Source of the DNA: Chiloscyllium plagiosum
Taxonomy: Eukaryota
Length of the DNA stretch: 64,000 nt
Assembly: GCF_004010195.1 (NCBI RefSeq)
Contig: NC_057719.1
Coordinates: 76,747,273-76,811,272 of the forward strand
Reading direction: 5' to 3'
Shown: positions 13,029 to 25,429 of the stretch, piece after piece
Position numbering within the stretch: position 1 is the first letter of the stretch
Layout of the letters: each line of letters starts with the position of its first letter
Made by a program: the position numbers and the translations under genes
The notes under the pieces: generated by a model
What the model was told of the DNA's origin: nothing
Seen by the model: only the letters and a program-made list of their open reading frames with translations
Database searches by the model: none

Positions 13029-14925
13029 TGGTGCACTTTGAATGGTACAATGTGCTTGTACAACACTCAACACAACAATTTTCACTGTAACACTGTGACA
13101 GCAATAAGTCAATCATCTTGGTGACACTGCTCCCACGTGGACCTGGTTTGCCCAAGTCTAGTCTATTTAATGTTGAAAGATAACTGTAGTAACAGGTTCA
13201 GGTCATTATCTGCAGCACAATTCTAATAGTATAAGTCCCAACGCAAATTTGTTCTGTTCGTTTAGTGGATTGTCTGTTGGTTTTTCCCAATAAAATGTCA
13301 GGGTCACTCAGTGATCATTTCTGATTTGGAAAACTTGCATGGTTTAGAATTTGAGTCTATCGTCTCAAATGACAAAATTGCAGTACCAAGGCAACGCTTT
13401 TCAAGAGGATTCTCATTCAGTCCATCAATTCTCAGAGAAGAAATTTCAATTTATCCTCTCTTGACTGTGGATGCTATTGTTCTGGGTTTTTTTTTAACAC
13501 TACAAGCTGATTCAGCTATGACTTTATTTTGTCTTAAACACAATGATTCTAATTGTGGATTCTGCCCACTAGCTTCAATATTCTCCTTGTTGAACAACAC
13601 TTGGAGGAAGAACCGAGTGTGACAAGGACACAATATGTAATCTGGATGGGGGATTCAATGTCCACCACCAAGAGTAGCCTGGCAGCAGCATTACTGATCA
13701 GATTGGTCGGGTCCTAAAGGGTCTAACTGCTAGACTGCATCTGCAGCAGGTGGTGAGGGAACAAACAAGAGGGAAAATCATATTTGACCTCATCCTTACC
13801 AATCTGCCTGCTGCAGATGCATTTGCTATGACAGTATTGGTAAGAGTGATCACATTCCTTGTGGAGACCAAGCCCCACCTTCACACATTGAGAATAACCT
13901 CCATCATGTCGTGTGGCACTATCACTGTGCTAAATGGGACAGACTCTGAACAGATCCAGCAGCTCAAGACTGGGCATCTATGAGGCACTGTGGGCCATCC
14001 ACAGCAGCAGAACTGTACTCCAGCACAATCTGTCACCTCATTATCAGGCATATTCCCCAGTCAGCTATTGCCATCAAGTCAGAACACCAACCCTGATTCA
14101 ATGGAGATTGTAGGAGGGCATGGCAGGAGCAGCACCAGTCATACCTAAAAATCAGGTGTCAACCTAGTGAAGCTATTAAACAGGACTATTGCATGCCAAA
14201 TAGCAAGTGACAGAGCGAAGCAATCCTGCAACCAGCAGATCAGATCTTACCTCTGCGGCCGTGAATAGTGGCAGACAATTAAACAACTCACTGGAGCAGG
14301 CTGCTCCACAAATATCCCCAAGCTCAATGATGGAGGAGCCCAACATATCAGTGCAAAAGGTAAGGCTGAAGCTTTCACAGCAATCTTAAGCCAAAAGTTC
14401 CAAGTGGATGATCCTCCAGTGGTCCCGGCGTTACAGATACCAGTCTTCAGCCAATTCCATTCACTCCACGTGATATCAAGAAACAGTTGGAGTCTTTGGA
14501 TACTGCAATGGCTATGGGCCCTGCCAACATTACATGCTCCAGAACCTGCAACTCCCCTAGCCAAACTATTCCAGCACATCTATAAACATTTTTGTCCACC
14601 TAACAATACAGAAAATGGCCCAGGTATGTCCTATACACAAAAAGCAGGACCAATCTGACCTGACCAATCACTGCCCCATCAGCCTTACCCTAGATCATCA
14701 GTAAAGATATGGAAGATATCATCAATAGGAAAGCTAATGGCCTTCATAGCAGGAAGCTTTGAGCATCAGAGTAAGGATGCCTTGCTGCATTTACACAGGG
14801 TCTTATTGAGGCCACACCTTGAGTATCTTTGAGGAGAAAGTGAGGTCTGCAGATGCTGGAGATCAGAGCTGAAAATGTGTTGCTGGAAAAGTGCAGCAGG
14901 TCAGGCAGCATCCAGGCAACAGGAG

Positions 14926-14957
14926 AATCGACGTTTCGGGCACAGGCCCTTCTTCAG
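14926..14957 (-). ncRNA. Minimal type I hammerhead ribozyme core in PLE pseudo-LTR
   Basis: CUGAAGA-A-GGGC-cugu-GCCC-GAAA-CGUC; 5' strand of stem I lost in the N gap. Confidence 0.7.
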
Positions 14958-15180
14958 NNNNNNNNNNNNNNNNNNNNNNNNNNNNNNNNNNNNNNNNNNN
15001 NNNNNNNNNNNNNNNNNNNNNNNNNNNNNNNNNNNNNNNNNNNNNNNNNNNNNNNNNNNNNNNNNNNNNNNNNNNNNNNNNNNNNNNNNNNNNNNNNNNN
15101 NNNNNNNNNNNNNNNNNNNNNNNNNNNNNNNNNNNNNNNNNNNNNNNNNNNNNNNNNNNNNNNNNNNNNNNNNNNNNNNN
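14958..15180. other. Assembly gap
   Basis: Run of N. Confidence 1.
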
Positions 15181-17929
15181 GTGTCCCAGAGGTGTTCTCT
15201 GAAGTGCTCCGCAAGTAGGCGGCCTGTCTCCCCAATATAGAGGAGGCCACATCGGGTGCAGAGGATGCAATAGTTGATGTGTGTGGAGGTGCAGGTGAAT
15301 CTGTGGCGGATATGGAAGTGTGCTTTGGGGCCTTGGAGGGAGGTGAGGGGCAGGTGTGGGCGCCAGTCTTGCACCTCCTGCGGTTGCAGGGGAAGGTGCC
15401 GGGAGTGGAGGTTGGGTTGGTGGGGGGTGTGGATCTGACGAGGGAGTCACGGAGGGAGTGGTCTTTCCGGAATGCTGATAGGGGATGGGAGGGAAATATA
15501 TCCTTGGTGGTGGGGTATAGTGTACACCTTGAGTGGGGTATACACCTTGAGTATAGTGTGTAGTTTTGGTCTCCTAGTCTGAGTCAGGACATTTTTGCTA
15601 TCGAGGGAGTCCAGTGAAGGTTCACCAGGCTGATTCCCGGGATGGCAGACCAACATATGAGGAAAGACTGGATCGACTGGTCTTGTACTCAAAGGAATTT
15701 AGAAAAATGAGGGGGAATCTCATATAAACATAGAAAATCCTGATGGGACTAGATAGGCTAGATGTGGGAAGAATGTTCCCAATGTTGGGGAAGTCCCAAT
15801 CTTGGGGTCACAGTCTAATAACAGAGGGTTTACTATCCAGGACTGAGATGAGGAAGAATTTCTTCACTCAGAGAGTTGTGATGCTGTGGAATTCTCTCCC
15901 ACAGGAAACTCTTGGGGCCAGTTCACCAGATATATTCAAGAGGGAGCTGGAGGTGTCAACATGGTGAAGCCACCAAACAGGACTAAAGGGATCAAAGGGT
16001 ATGGAGAGTAAATGGGAATTGTATGATCAACCATGACCATATCAAATAATGTTGTGGGCTCAAGGGGTTAAATGGCCTACTCCTGCACATATTTTTATGT
16101 TTTTCATAGTGCTCTTAAGCAGTATCTGTTCAGCAATAACCTGCTCAGTGACGTGCGGGTCAGGGCCACTCAGCTCCTGACCTTATTACATCCTTGGGTC
16201 AAACATGGACAAAAGAGCTGATTCCTGAGATGAGATGAGAGTGACAGCCCTTGACATCAAGGCTGCATTCGACCAAGTGTGGCATCAAGGAGCCCTAGAA
16301 AAACTGGAACCAATGGATATCAGGGAGCAAACTCTCCGCTAGTTGGAGCCATATCTGGCACGTAAAGAAGATTATTGTGATTGCTTGAGATCAATCATTT
16401 CAGCTCCATGACATCTTTACAGGAATTCCTCAGGATAGTGCCCTAGGTCCAACTATCTTCAGCTGCTTCACCAATGACATTCCCTCCATCATAAGATCAG
16501 AAGTGTTTATGATTGCCTACATTTCTGGCTCCTCAGATACTGAAGCTGTTCATAAATGCAACAAGATCTGGACAATATCTGGGCTTGAACTGATAAGTGG
16601 GAAGTGACATTTGCATCATATGAACTCCAAACAATGACCAATTCCAATAAGAGACAATCGAACCACTGCTTCTTGATATTCAGTGGTGTTACCATCACTG
16701 AATCTCCCACTCTCAACATTCTTGGGGTTACCATTGACCAGAAACCTCATTTAGACTCATCATATAAACACAGTGGATACAACAGCAGTTCAGAGGCTAG
16801 GAATACTGCAGCAAGGAACTCACTTCCTGACACCCCAAAGTCTATCCACCATCTACAAGGCCCAAGTTAAGAGTGTGATGGAATACTCCCCACTTGTCTG
16901 GATGAATGCAACTCCAATAGCACTCAAGAAATTTGAGACCATCCAGGACAAAGCAGCTAGCTTGATTGGTACCATATCCACAAGCATCCATTCCCTTCAC
17001 CACCGATGTTCAGCAGCAGAAATGTGCACTATATACAAGATACCCTACAGAAATTAACCAAAACTCCTTAAAAAGCACCTTCTGAACCGATGACCAATTT
17101 CATCTCAAAGGACAAGAGCAGCAGATACATGGGAACACCATCACCTGCAGGTTCACTATCCTGACGTGGAAATGAATCACGGATTCTTCACTGTTGCTGT
17201 ATCAAACTCTGGAAATCTCTATCTAATGGCGTTGCATGTCAACCTACGGCAGGCCGACTGCAGCGGTTCAAGAAGGAAGCTTGCCATCACCTTCTCGAGG
17301 GCAACTCGGGACAGGCAATAAGTTCTAGCCAAGTCAGCCATGTCCAAATGCAATGAGTGAATTAACAAAACCTTCTAACTTCTGTTCCCTCATCAGATTC
17401 ATGGTGAGATTCAGTCTCAGTCACATTCCAAACAGTCAACAACAACGTTAGAGTCTTAATCTGCTTATAGCGCAGATGTAGCTAACTGTCACTGAATTTG
17501 GACACCATCTTCCAGTGAGCTGCAAACAGCAACAGGCCCAAAGTGTAATATAAAGGTTACACCGCGCAGAATGATTGAAACCATAGCATTTTCTTTGATG
17601 TTCATGACAACATAGTCTGCTCTTGGCTGCATCAGACTGACCCTAACTAAATTAACCTTAATTCATCATTTATTTTTGATCTGACATAGTAACTGAGTTT
17701 TGCAGCCTTTCAGGATTTGCTGAATTTTTTTTAATTAATTGAGATAATAGTCTGGGTAATCTCAGGCTAATGGTGCCCACACATACACTGTCTCCGAGGG
17801 GGCTCATTCCTTATCTTTAAATAAGGTTCGGCAACTTCTTATGTACAGTAACATTCATTTACTTATATTTGTGCACAGTAGATGGTCACATACGGCTCTC
17901 TAGTGCAGTGCTTAAGATCTCTCTCTTCA

Positions 17930-18292
17930 TCGGAGGCTGAGGGGTGACCTTCTAGAGGTTTATAAAATCATGATAGGCATGGATAGGATAAAAGGCAAGG
18001 TCTTTTCCCTAGGGTGAGGGGTCCAAAACTACAAGGCATAAGTTTAAGATGAGAGGGAAAATATATAAAAAGGACTTAAGGAGCAACCTTCTCATGCAAG
18101 AGGAAGAGGTGGAGGCTGGTACAATTCCAACATTTAAAAGGTTTCTGGATGTACCCATCCAGGATAGGGTGGGTTTAGAGGGATATGGGCCAAGTGCTGG
18201 CAAATGGAACTAGATTTATATAGGATATCTGGTTGGCATGGATGCATTGGTTCAAAGGGTCTGTTTCCGTGCTGCAAATCGCTATGACTCTA
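17930..18292 (+). mobile_element. CR1/HER1-type LINE 3' fragment
   Basis: cggaggctgaggggtgacctt...gggtctgtttccgtgctg...ctatgactctat. Confidence 0.8.
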
Positions 18293-18404
18293 TATACTCA
18301 GTCTAGACTCCCATACTGATGGTAGGCATGAATTAATAATTTACATGAATCTCATTATGCTTCTGCTTGTGGAACTTGCGTGTATGTGACATGGTTCTTT
18401 ATAG

Positions 18405-18710
18405 CTCATCAGCCTCACAGCGCCAGGGATCCAGGGTCGATTCCAGCCTTGGGCAACTGTCTGTGTGGAGTTTGCACGTTTTCCCCGTATCTGTGTGGGT
18501 TTCCTCCAGGTGCTGTGGTTTCCTCGCACAGTCCAAAAATGTGCAGCTTTGGTATATTTGCCACACTAAATTACCCATAGTGTTCAGGGATGTGCAGGTG
18601 AGGTATATTAACCATGGGTGATGGGAGGTGGGATGCCCTACAGAGGGTCGGTGTGGACTCGATGGACCAAATGGCTTGCTTCCACATTGTAGGATTTCTG
18701 TGATCTAATC
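18405..18710 (+). mobile_element. HE1-type SINE
   Basis: gcctcacagcgccagggatccagggtcgattcc head, conserved core and tail. Confidence 0.85.
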
Positions 18711-20049
18711 CTCTAACAGTCTGCTCTTGGTTATACAGTTATGTTGCTTCATTATTTCAAAGATTTCAATCAAATGTGCCCATGGTCTTGAGTAAAATGA
18801 AATACTTTCATCACCTGGTATGGCAATGAATGAGCTTTGCAGTTTGCTCACAATCTAGCAGTGCTTAACCGAATATTTTCAGAGATCTTAGATACCATAC
18901 CCTGTGAAAGGACTAACACTGGTCAGTAATCAGCTGGTATAGAGAGAGAACACATGAGCTACAGTAGAACAAAACAAGAGGTTTGAAGACACCTGAAATA
19001 GATTCATACTGCCTTTAATAATTCCTTTCCTGACAAATTACAACCTTTCATGGAAAGCACTTGACAATCACATTCTTTGAGAAGAGACGCAGGAGGGAGC
19101 AGTAAGATTCAGTGACACTAACTGCATAGTAATCCTAATAATATGCAGTGAAAAGAATTTCTAAGTTGATGCATTTTGCACAGTGGGTAATATGATGGGC
19201 AACAGATGGCAGGGACTTTGATTGGCAGATACAGATTTCCATCCCTTGCACTTCATGAATATGGCTGATTTAAACATTTTTACTTTATACTTAAACTTCT
19301 AACCAGGATGCTAAAGCAACATTTTAGAAAATATTTGTCAATGTCATTCTCTGCATTGTATCATTTCTGATTAGTCTTATTTTTTGACATGCTTTTAACA
19401 AAAGTCAATCTCTTATCCAATCTACAATGTCCGCTCTGCACAGTTTCTGCAATCACTAAAGTGTTACGTATTTAAACCACATTCTGCTTAGGGAAGTGAA
19501 GAAACAGTCGCACTTTCTGTCCATGTCTAAAACAGTCACTATAGAAAAGCAGCAGGAAATCCAATAGCGAAATTGTCAGTTTGAGTACTAGATGATGCTT
19601 GTGTGCCTTACCGAAAGGTAGGGGTACGGCTGGATCTTTCAATCCTTTTAAAGAAATCCTGTATTTACACCACCTGACTATAAAGGACCTTGGGCCGAAG
19701 GGCCTGTTTCCATACTGTAATCTAATCTAAAAAAAAACCTTACAATTCTGTATTAGCTTGAAGTTAATGTTTTCCCATCATCAAGTTTATCATCGCATAG
19801 ATATGACACCAGCAGTGACAATATCTTTTGTGCACCTTCAGGAGTTGATCCCTCACTGCACTATCTCTCTCCAAATCTTTATCTGACATCAGATTATACA
19901 TATTTATGTGTAGATATTCTCTACATCTCCCCCAAAATCTATGTTTTACAAAGATAGCTTTTGTGGTGGTTTCAATGATCTAGTATTGAGTTTCTTTGAG
20001 TTTGTTGAGGGGGTCTGTATTCTTTAAATTCATGTTACTGCTTCTCATT

Positions 20050-21500
20050 GACCTTCTTCCCTTCTCCTCCCCTCAGGTGAAAGGCTGTAGTTTCTTTTTA
20101 ATTCCAATGTTTTGATATTTGTATGGAAATATTTGGTGCTTTGAGAAGCGTAATCTTCAATAGCCTTGACAAATCTCATGTCATGAGTGTGGCGCTGGAA
20201 AAGCACGGCCAGCCAGGCAGCATCCAAGGAGCAAGAGAATCGCGTTTGGGGCATAAGTCCCTGCTCATGTCTTCCTGGTATGGATAGCCATGTATTTGCA
20301 GTGATACATCTGTAGTAGTTTATAATTGCCTTGAATTCAGTAACCGTATCATTTTCCATTAGTCTGAATTATTGGGTCCTATGCAGCATCTTAGTGATTC
20401 CCTTTGTAATTAACAAGGATACAAGTGGATTGTGATTGTTTCAACCTTGAACTGAAATCCAGTAATATAGACCTAAGACTCTTGCATGTCAGTGTGACTC
20501 TAAGAGCATCTTTTTTCTGTGACTGCATATCTCTGTTCAATGTTTTTAATGTCCGTGAAATTTACTAGACTGGTTTTATGATGCCAGTTTTCTGAATCTA
20601 GAATAACACTGTCCCAATTCCTATTGCTGATGCATCCATTGTTACAAGTATTACTAGCTTAGGATTGTGGTGAGCTAATATCTCGGAAGATGTTAACATC
20701 CCTTTTACCTTCACAAAGCACTTCAGTCAATATTCTGAGTATCATGTCCGGGTCTTCCCTTAAAAGGTTCTTGATTCTGACTTGGTGAATAGAAATGTGC
20801 CAATTGGTTGACAATTCCTATAAACCTCTGTCTCTCTATCACATTCCTGGCTGGTGGGTATTTCTTCTTATGGCTTTCATTATCTGTGAGTCTACCATGA
20901 TTCCAACTTTTGCAGTGTGTCCTAAAAGCTTGATTGGGAATTTTGAGAACTCACACTTCTTTAAGCCTGGATTTTCTAAGGCTTAGAGCACCTGTCATGT
21001 TGTGTGTTGTCAAATTATAGAACAAGGCATATGGACAAATAAAACCTCTAATTTCTTCCAATATGTTTGCCATTGTCCTTTGGGATATCACTGGTGCCAG
21101 TATGATCCCAAAGAGGAAGTGGTTAAAGCACCAAGATCCAAATGGCCTAATGAGGGTCGATAACAACATTGACTCTTCATCAGGGTCCACTGTTCACATC
21201 CAGTTTTCTGAAAACGGTGCTGTTTGCTAATTTTGCAGCTACTGATGCAATTGTGTGGAGGTTACATTCTACACCCTTGGCCAATTGGGAGAGTTTTATA
21301 CAAATTCCAATAGACCCATTTAGTGCTGCATCTTATGGTTTTTTGGTTAAGGCATCTGTTTTCTCAGGGTTTCTTGCCCCGAGACCTAACGAGATACCTC
21401 GCAGGATCTAAACAAATTTGTCTCATTGGTTACCCACCTCATCCCTATGATGCCTTTGATTCCATCTAGCCCTATTCTACCGTTTGCTCTACCTACCACA
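20050..21500 (-). mobile_element. Heavily decayed Gypsy-like pol remnant (RT/RNase H) with a small PLE fragment at about 20185-20262
   Basis: FNHFLFGIILAPVISQRTMANIL resembles RT F.RLPFG..SAPEIFQR.M; LVTMDASAIGIG near 20620-20650 resembles RNase H DAS motif. Confidence 0.6.
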
Positions 21501-23729
21501 ACATGTTAAGAAATCACCAGCATCCTGGCGCTATTGTCATCTTTGAAATGCTATTGTGCACCCAGACAAGTTAGACACCTACCATCTTCTCTCTGAGACC
21601 TCACATGCACACTATCTCTGCAACTGTACCCACATCCCACCAAGGCTCATGCTCTACCACTCTCTGACCTTCCATCACTTGTTCTCACCCACCCCAAACC
21701 CCAACACCACTAACTCTATATGCCTTCTGCACTGCTCTCTCAGGACACCCCCTCAGCTGTACCAAAAGTAAGAGCCCTTTCACCCACTTTCAACTCCCAT
21801 AATATCTATCTCTCTCTCACAATTGAAGAGGAAAGCTGCCTATCTTTTGGCTTCTCATTGCTTATGAAGAGAGAATCCTGTGTGTAACCATTCCAAGCAG
21901 CCGACTGACAGTGTCCAAGCCCCAGGACTGGTTGGTATTGGATGCAGCTCTTGACTAACTGTGCTATGACTGAAGGCTGTCTCCCTTGATTTGACTGAGA
22001 ACTTCTGCCAGCCATGACCTGGTTCCTGACCTTGTGCCTGTGCTAAGCAACAAGGCAACACAACACCACTCTGATCCTGATAGCTCTGACTGTGGTGGCA
22101 TACCGCGAAAAGGCGAGGCAAGGCAGGGAAACTGTGAATATCCAAGTAGGGACAGGGTGAGTGAGTGCTAAGAGAGCAAGCAAGCATTCCAGAGATGCAC
22201 TCTGATACAGTCCAAGAGCTCAGTGCATGTTCTTGAGATCACAAAGTGAGTTTGCTGCAGCATTACAATGTTACTTCCTGTTTCTCTCTGAGGTGGAGCA
22301 GAACTGTACTGTAAGTGAGTTGGACATGTGCCATGACAGTTCTTAGAGGTTGACATATATTGGATGCCAAGGTCTGTGGGCCTGAGTGCATGTGGTCAGT
22401 GCCCAAGGTGTGTGCACTGAGAAATAAGTACTTAGTGTCCAACATGGAGCTCCTTTGGAGAGGGTGCCAATCTGAAGTCACCAGGTACTCACTTTGACTT
22501 CCATATTCAGAATTCTGTGTCTGATTTGCAGGTAGAATAAGAAGCTGCATGTTAACAAGGTGAGATCTGCAGCTAATAAGATTGTCAACAACCAATACAG
22601 TCCCACTTTATAAGCAACCCACCATTTCCCGATGGGAATCTCGCCTTGATAACCACAACTTAATTAAAAGATGGAGCTCATTGCTCCCATGTCAAGACAG
22701 GGCTCTCTGGATCTCTGGTGTGACCCAGCCTCATTTCCCACCATAGCCCATATCGTTCAGGCCCCATTAAGATCCCTCCTTTGGTCTTGGAACAAGAACT
22801 AAACTGGAACACCACTGCAAATGTCAGGCGAGGTCACACCTCGGTCATCAACCCGAAACGTGAACAAGTTTTTCTCACCACAGAAACAGCTGCTGAGCTT
22901 TTCTAACATTTTTTTTTGCACTTGCGACAACAGGCGATCCATTCTGTCTGAAACTTAACATTTTAATTTTTTTAAAACTTATTTAATGGTAAGTCAGCAA
23001 TAGCCGATTAAAGAATGGCAAGAACATTTGTCAATAAATGGACAAACCAATCTGCAGAGGGAGCGACAGAGTATCTTCAGTAAGTATTGTAGAATCTTTG
23101 AAATGTAGCTCTTTTAGAATTTTAGAATGGGCATTCCAGTGACTGGCAGCCAAAACCAGCCCTCAAATTCTGAACAATCAAGGACAAGAACCATCTAAAA
23201 TGTTTCCTTTCTCAAGGATTTTAGTAACCTTCTAGTGTTATGGAAATCATGCATTGGTTGTAATTATAAGCAGCAACAATGACAGCTTCCCTCTAATGCA
23301 CAGAGTTTAGTTATGAGTGATGAGGAACAATTTTCATAGAACTTACAGCTTGAGTTGCTGGGTCTTTGAAACCTAGGATGTGAATTTTTAGGCCTTGGGT
23401 ATTTGGACAAATCATCTCAACACCATCTGTCATTCTCTACGATTGGTTTCAGCTCTAAAATTCTGGTGAAAGGAGAATTGACACTGCAGACAAGCTGCTG
23501 TGTTCTTGGTGAGATTGCGCACCGAGTACAGGTTGACGGTTTGGACAGTGTGCTCGCTACCTTTGTCCCAAACCACATGGAGAACCGGAAAAGACAGGTG
23601 AAGTATCGTGCATTTTAGCCTTGTGAGATTCTGGACAGAAGCTTAGCAGGATCAGATGTTGCATATGGCCTCTGTATACCCTTTGATCAGACTGAGCAAG
23701 TGTGATTAGTTTCTCATCATGCTTGACTT

Positions 23730-24135
23730 CTGTGGGCTTAGTTGGTAGCACTCTTCACGTGCAAACCACAAGTTTCTGGGTTTAGGTTTCACTCCTGGAC
23801 AAAACCAAGGCTGGCATTCCAGCACGGTACAGAGGGTGTATTGCACTGTCAGATGGGCCAACGTTTAGGGAGAGACATCAAACCAAAACACTGTCTGCCT
23901 TCTTGGGTTGAAGATCCCAAAGTTTTATCTCAGATGAGAGGAGTTGTCTCCTGTGTTCTATCTTACATTTATCTCCAGTGAGCATCACAAATATTATGTG
24001 GTCATTATCACACTGCTGTTTGCACGATGCTGTGCTATGTTCTCCATTTACAACAGTCATGACATCAAAATACAGTGGCTATAAAACATTTTGAACCACA
24101 CTGTTCTCATAGGCATTGCATAACAGTTTTGCTTT
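23730..24135 (+). mobile_element. DeuSINE (SacSINE1-like), diverged
   Basis: tRNA head ggcttagttggtagcactctt; Deu-like segments gagggtgtattgcactgtcagatgg, aagatccca, ggtcattatcacactgctgtttg. Confidence 0.7.
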
Positions 24136-24159
24136 TACACTGCCAGTTGAAAGATTACA

Positions 24160-24752
24160 CCTGTCACCTGAAACACCTAGTCAGCGGATCCAAACACTCT
24201 ATACAATCAACACAGGAATTCTTGGACATCATCAGAAATATACACATAGACAAAGAAGAAACCATGATATCATTCGACGTGACGGCACTGTTCACTTCGA
24301 TTGACAAAACCCTAGCCAGAGAAACAATAGCCAACCTACTGGACATACAGAATGGAAAACAGGACGCTGAACCTATCAACAAAGACGGCATACTTAACCT
24401 ACTGGACTTGTGCCTCACAACACACTTCACATTCAACAAGCAGATGTACGAACAAATCAACAGAACACCCATGGGATCACCAATCTCGGGACTCATAGCA
24501 GAGGCAGTTATGCAAAGGTTAGAACAAACAGTCCTATCACAAGTTCAACCCAAACTCTGGGTCAGATATGTCAATGACACATTTGTAATAATTAAAAACA
24601 CGGAAATAGAAAAAACACACCGGATCATCAACGCCACACTCACAGGAATCCGATTCACGAGAGAAGAAGAAAAGGATAGCCAACTCCCATTCCTAGACGT
24701 GATGGTACAGAGAACACCGAACGGAGAATTCACTGCAAGGGTATACAGGAAA
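24160..24752 (+). mobile_element. Penelope-like element (family 2) reverse transcriptase fragment
   Basis: Open frame with ISFDVTALFT, TPMGSPISG, WVRYVND (catalytic YVDD mutated), LPFLDV, VYRK; runs into N gap. Confidence 0.9.
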
Positions 24753-25056
24753 NNNNNNNNNNNNNNNNNNNNNNNNNNNNNNNNNNNNNNNNNNNNNNNN
24801 NNNNNNNNNNNNNNNNNNNNNNNNNNNNNNNNNNNNNNNNNNNNNNNNNNNNNNNNNNNNNNNNNNNNNNNNNNNNNNNNNNNNNNNNNNNNNNNNNNNN
24901 NNNNNNNNNNNNNNNNNNNNNNNNNNNNNNNNNNNNNNNNNNNNNNNNNNNNNNNNNNNNNNNNNNNNNNNNNNNNNNNNNNNNNNNNNNNNNNNNNNNN
25001 NNNNNNNNNNNNNNNNNNNNNNNNNNNNNNNNNNNNNNNNNNNNNNNNNNNNNNNN
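24753..25056. other. Assembly gap
   Basis: Run of N. Confidence 1.
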
Positions 25057-25108
25057 AGCTCGTGTGCTCGTTGTTGTGGTTCTGTTCGCCGTGCTGGAAG
25101 TTTTTGTT

Positions 25109-25148
25109 GCAAACGTTTCGTCCCCTGGCTAGGTGACATCATCAGTGC
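25109..25148 (-). ncRNA. Minimal hammerhead ribozyme (PLE family 2), opposite-strand copy
   Basis: gca-CUGAUGA-U-GUCACCU-agcc-AGGGGAC-GAAA-CGUU-ugc. Confidence 0.7.
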
Positions 25149-25234
25149 TTGGGAGCCTCCTGCGAAGCGGCAGGGACAGACCACTATAAACACCGGAGGA
25201 AACATCAAAGAAGCGCTTCGCAGGAGGCTCCCAA

Positions 25235-25274
25235 GCACTGATGATGTCGCCTAGCCAGGGGACGAAACGTTTGC
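25235..25274 (+). ncRNA. Minimal hammerhead ribozyme (PLE family 2)
   Basis: gca-CUGAUGA-U-GUCGCCU-agcc-AGGGGAC-GAAA-CGUU-ugc; palindromic AACGUU at stem III. Confidence 0.7.
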
Positions 25275-25429
25275 AACAAAAACTTCCAGCTCGGCGAACA
25301 GAACCACAGCATTCATCTAATATGGAACAACCTCATTCCCCGAAGCAGTCATCTCTTGCTTAAAAAGTGTTTTCCATATTCTTTTCCCAGCAGTTTACAG
25401 ACTTGTGAGGAAAACTATAGCTCACCGAA

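Larger units (their letters stand above)
14830..15515 (-). mobile_element. Penelope-like element (family 1), GIY-YIG endonuclease remnant plus 3' pseudo-LTR, spanning an N gap
   Basis: INYCILCTRCGLLYIGETGRLLAEHFREH is a PLE GIY-YIG signature with CxxC; terminal sequence ...gacctcactttctcctc. Confidence 0.88.
14729..16106 (+). mobile_element. CR1/HER1-type LINE 3' part nested in family B LINE, itself split by a Penelope element
   Basis: RPHLEY motif (aggccacaccttgagtat) broken at 14826 and resuming near 15541; MRKNFFTQRVV.LWNSLP; tail aatggcctactcctgc. Confidence 0.8.
13595..17370 (+). mobile_element. CR1-type LINE family B (endonuclease and RT remnants), split by nested insertions at about 14729-16106
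   Basis: GDFNVHH-like motif near 13648, LDIKAAFDQVWH near 16250, GIPQDSALGP near 16422, TIYKAQVKSVMEYS; tail aatgagtgaattaacaaaa. Confidence 0.8.
25057..25311. mobile_element. Inverted pair of PLE family 2 pseudo-LTR segments
   Basis: Arms about 25072-25169 and 25214-25311 are near-perfect reverse complements. Confidence 0.85.

Noticed and set aside
14853..15250. Several long ORFs in the track spanning the first N run
   Set aside because: Length is inflated by X codons; only the GIY-YIG portion is meaningful
21550..22800. Compositionally skewed blocks (also 7450-8400, 5770-6090, 12360-12630) that may be old DNA-transposon or Tx1-like remnants
   Set aside because: No convincing catalytic motif or terminal repeat; cannot classify without a repeat library
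22840..22920. PLE-like tail fragments (also 45025-45100) as additional ribozymes
   Set aside because: Only the GAAA half is present; CUGANGA is missing
24693..25238. 181-aa minus-strand ORF and the X-filled tail of the 353-aa ORF
   Set aside because: Artefacts of the N gap and pseudo-LTR sequence
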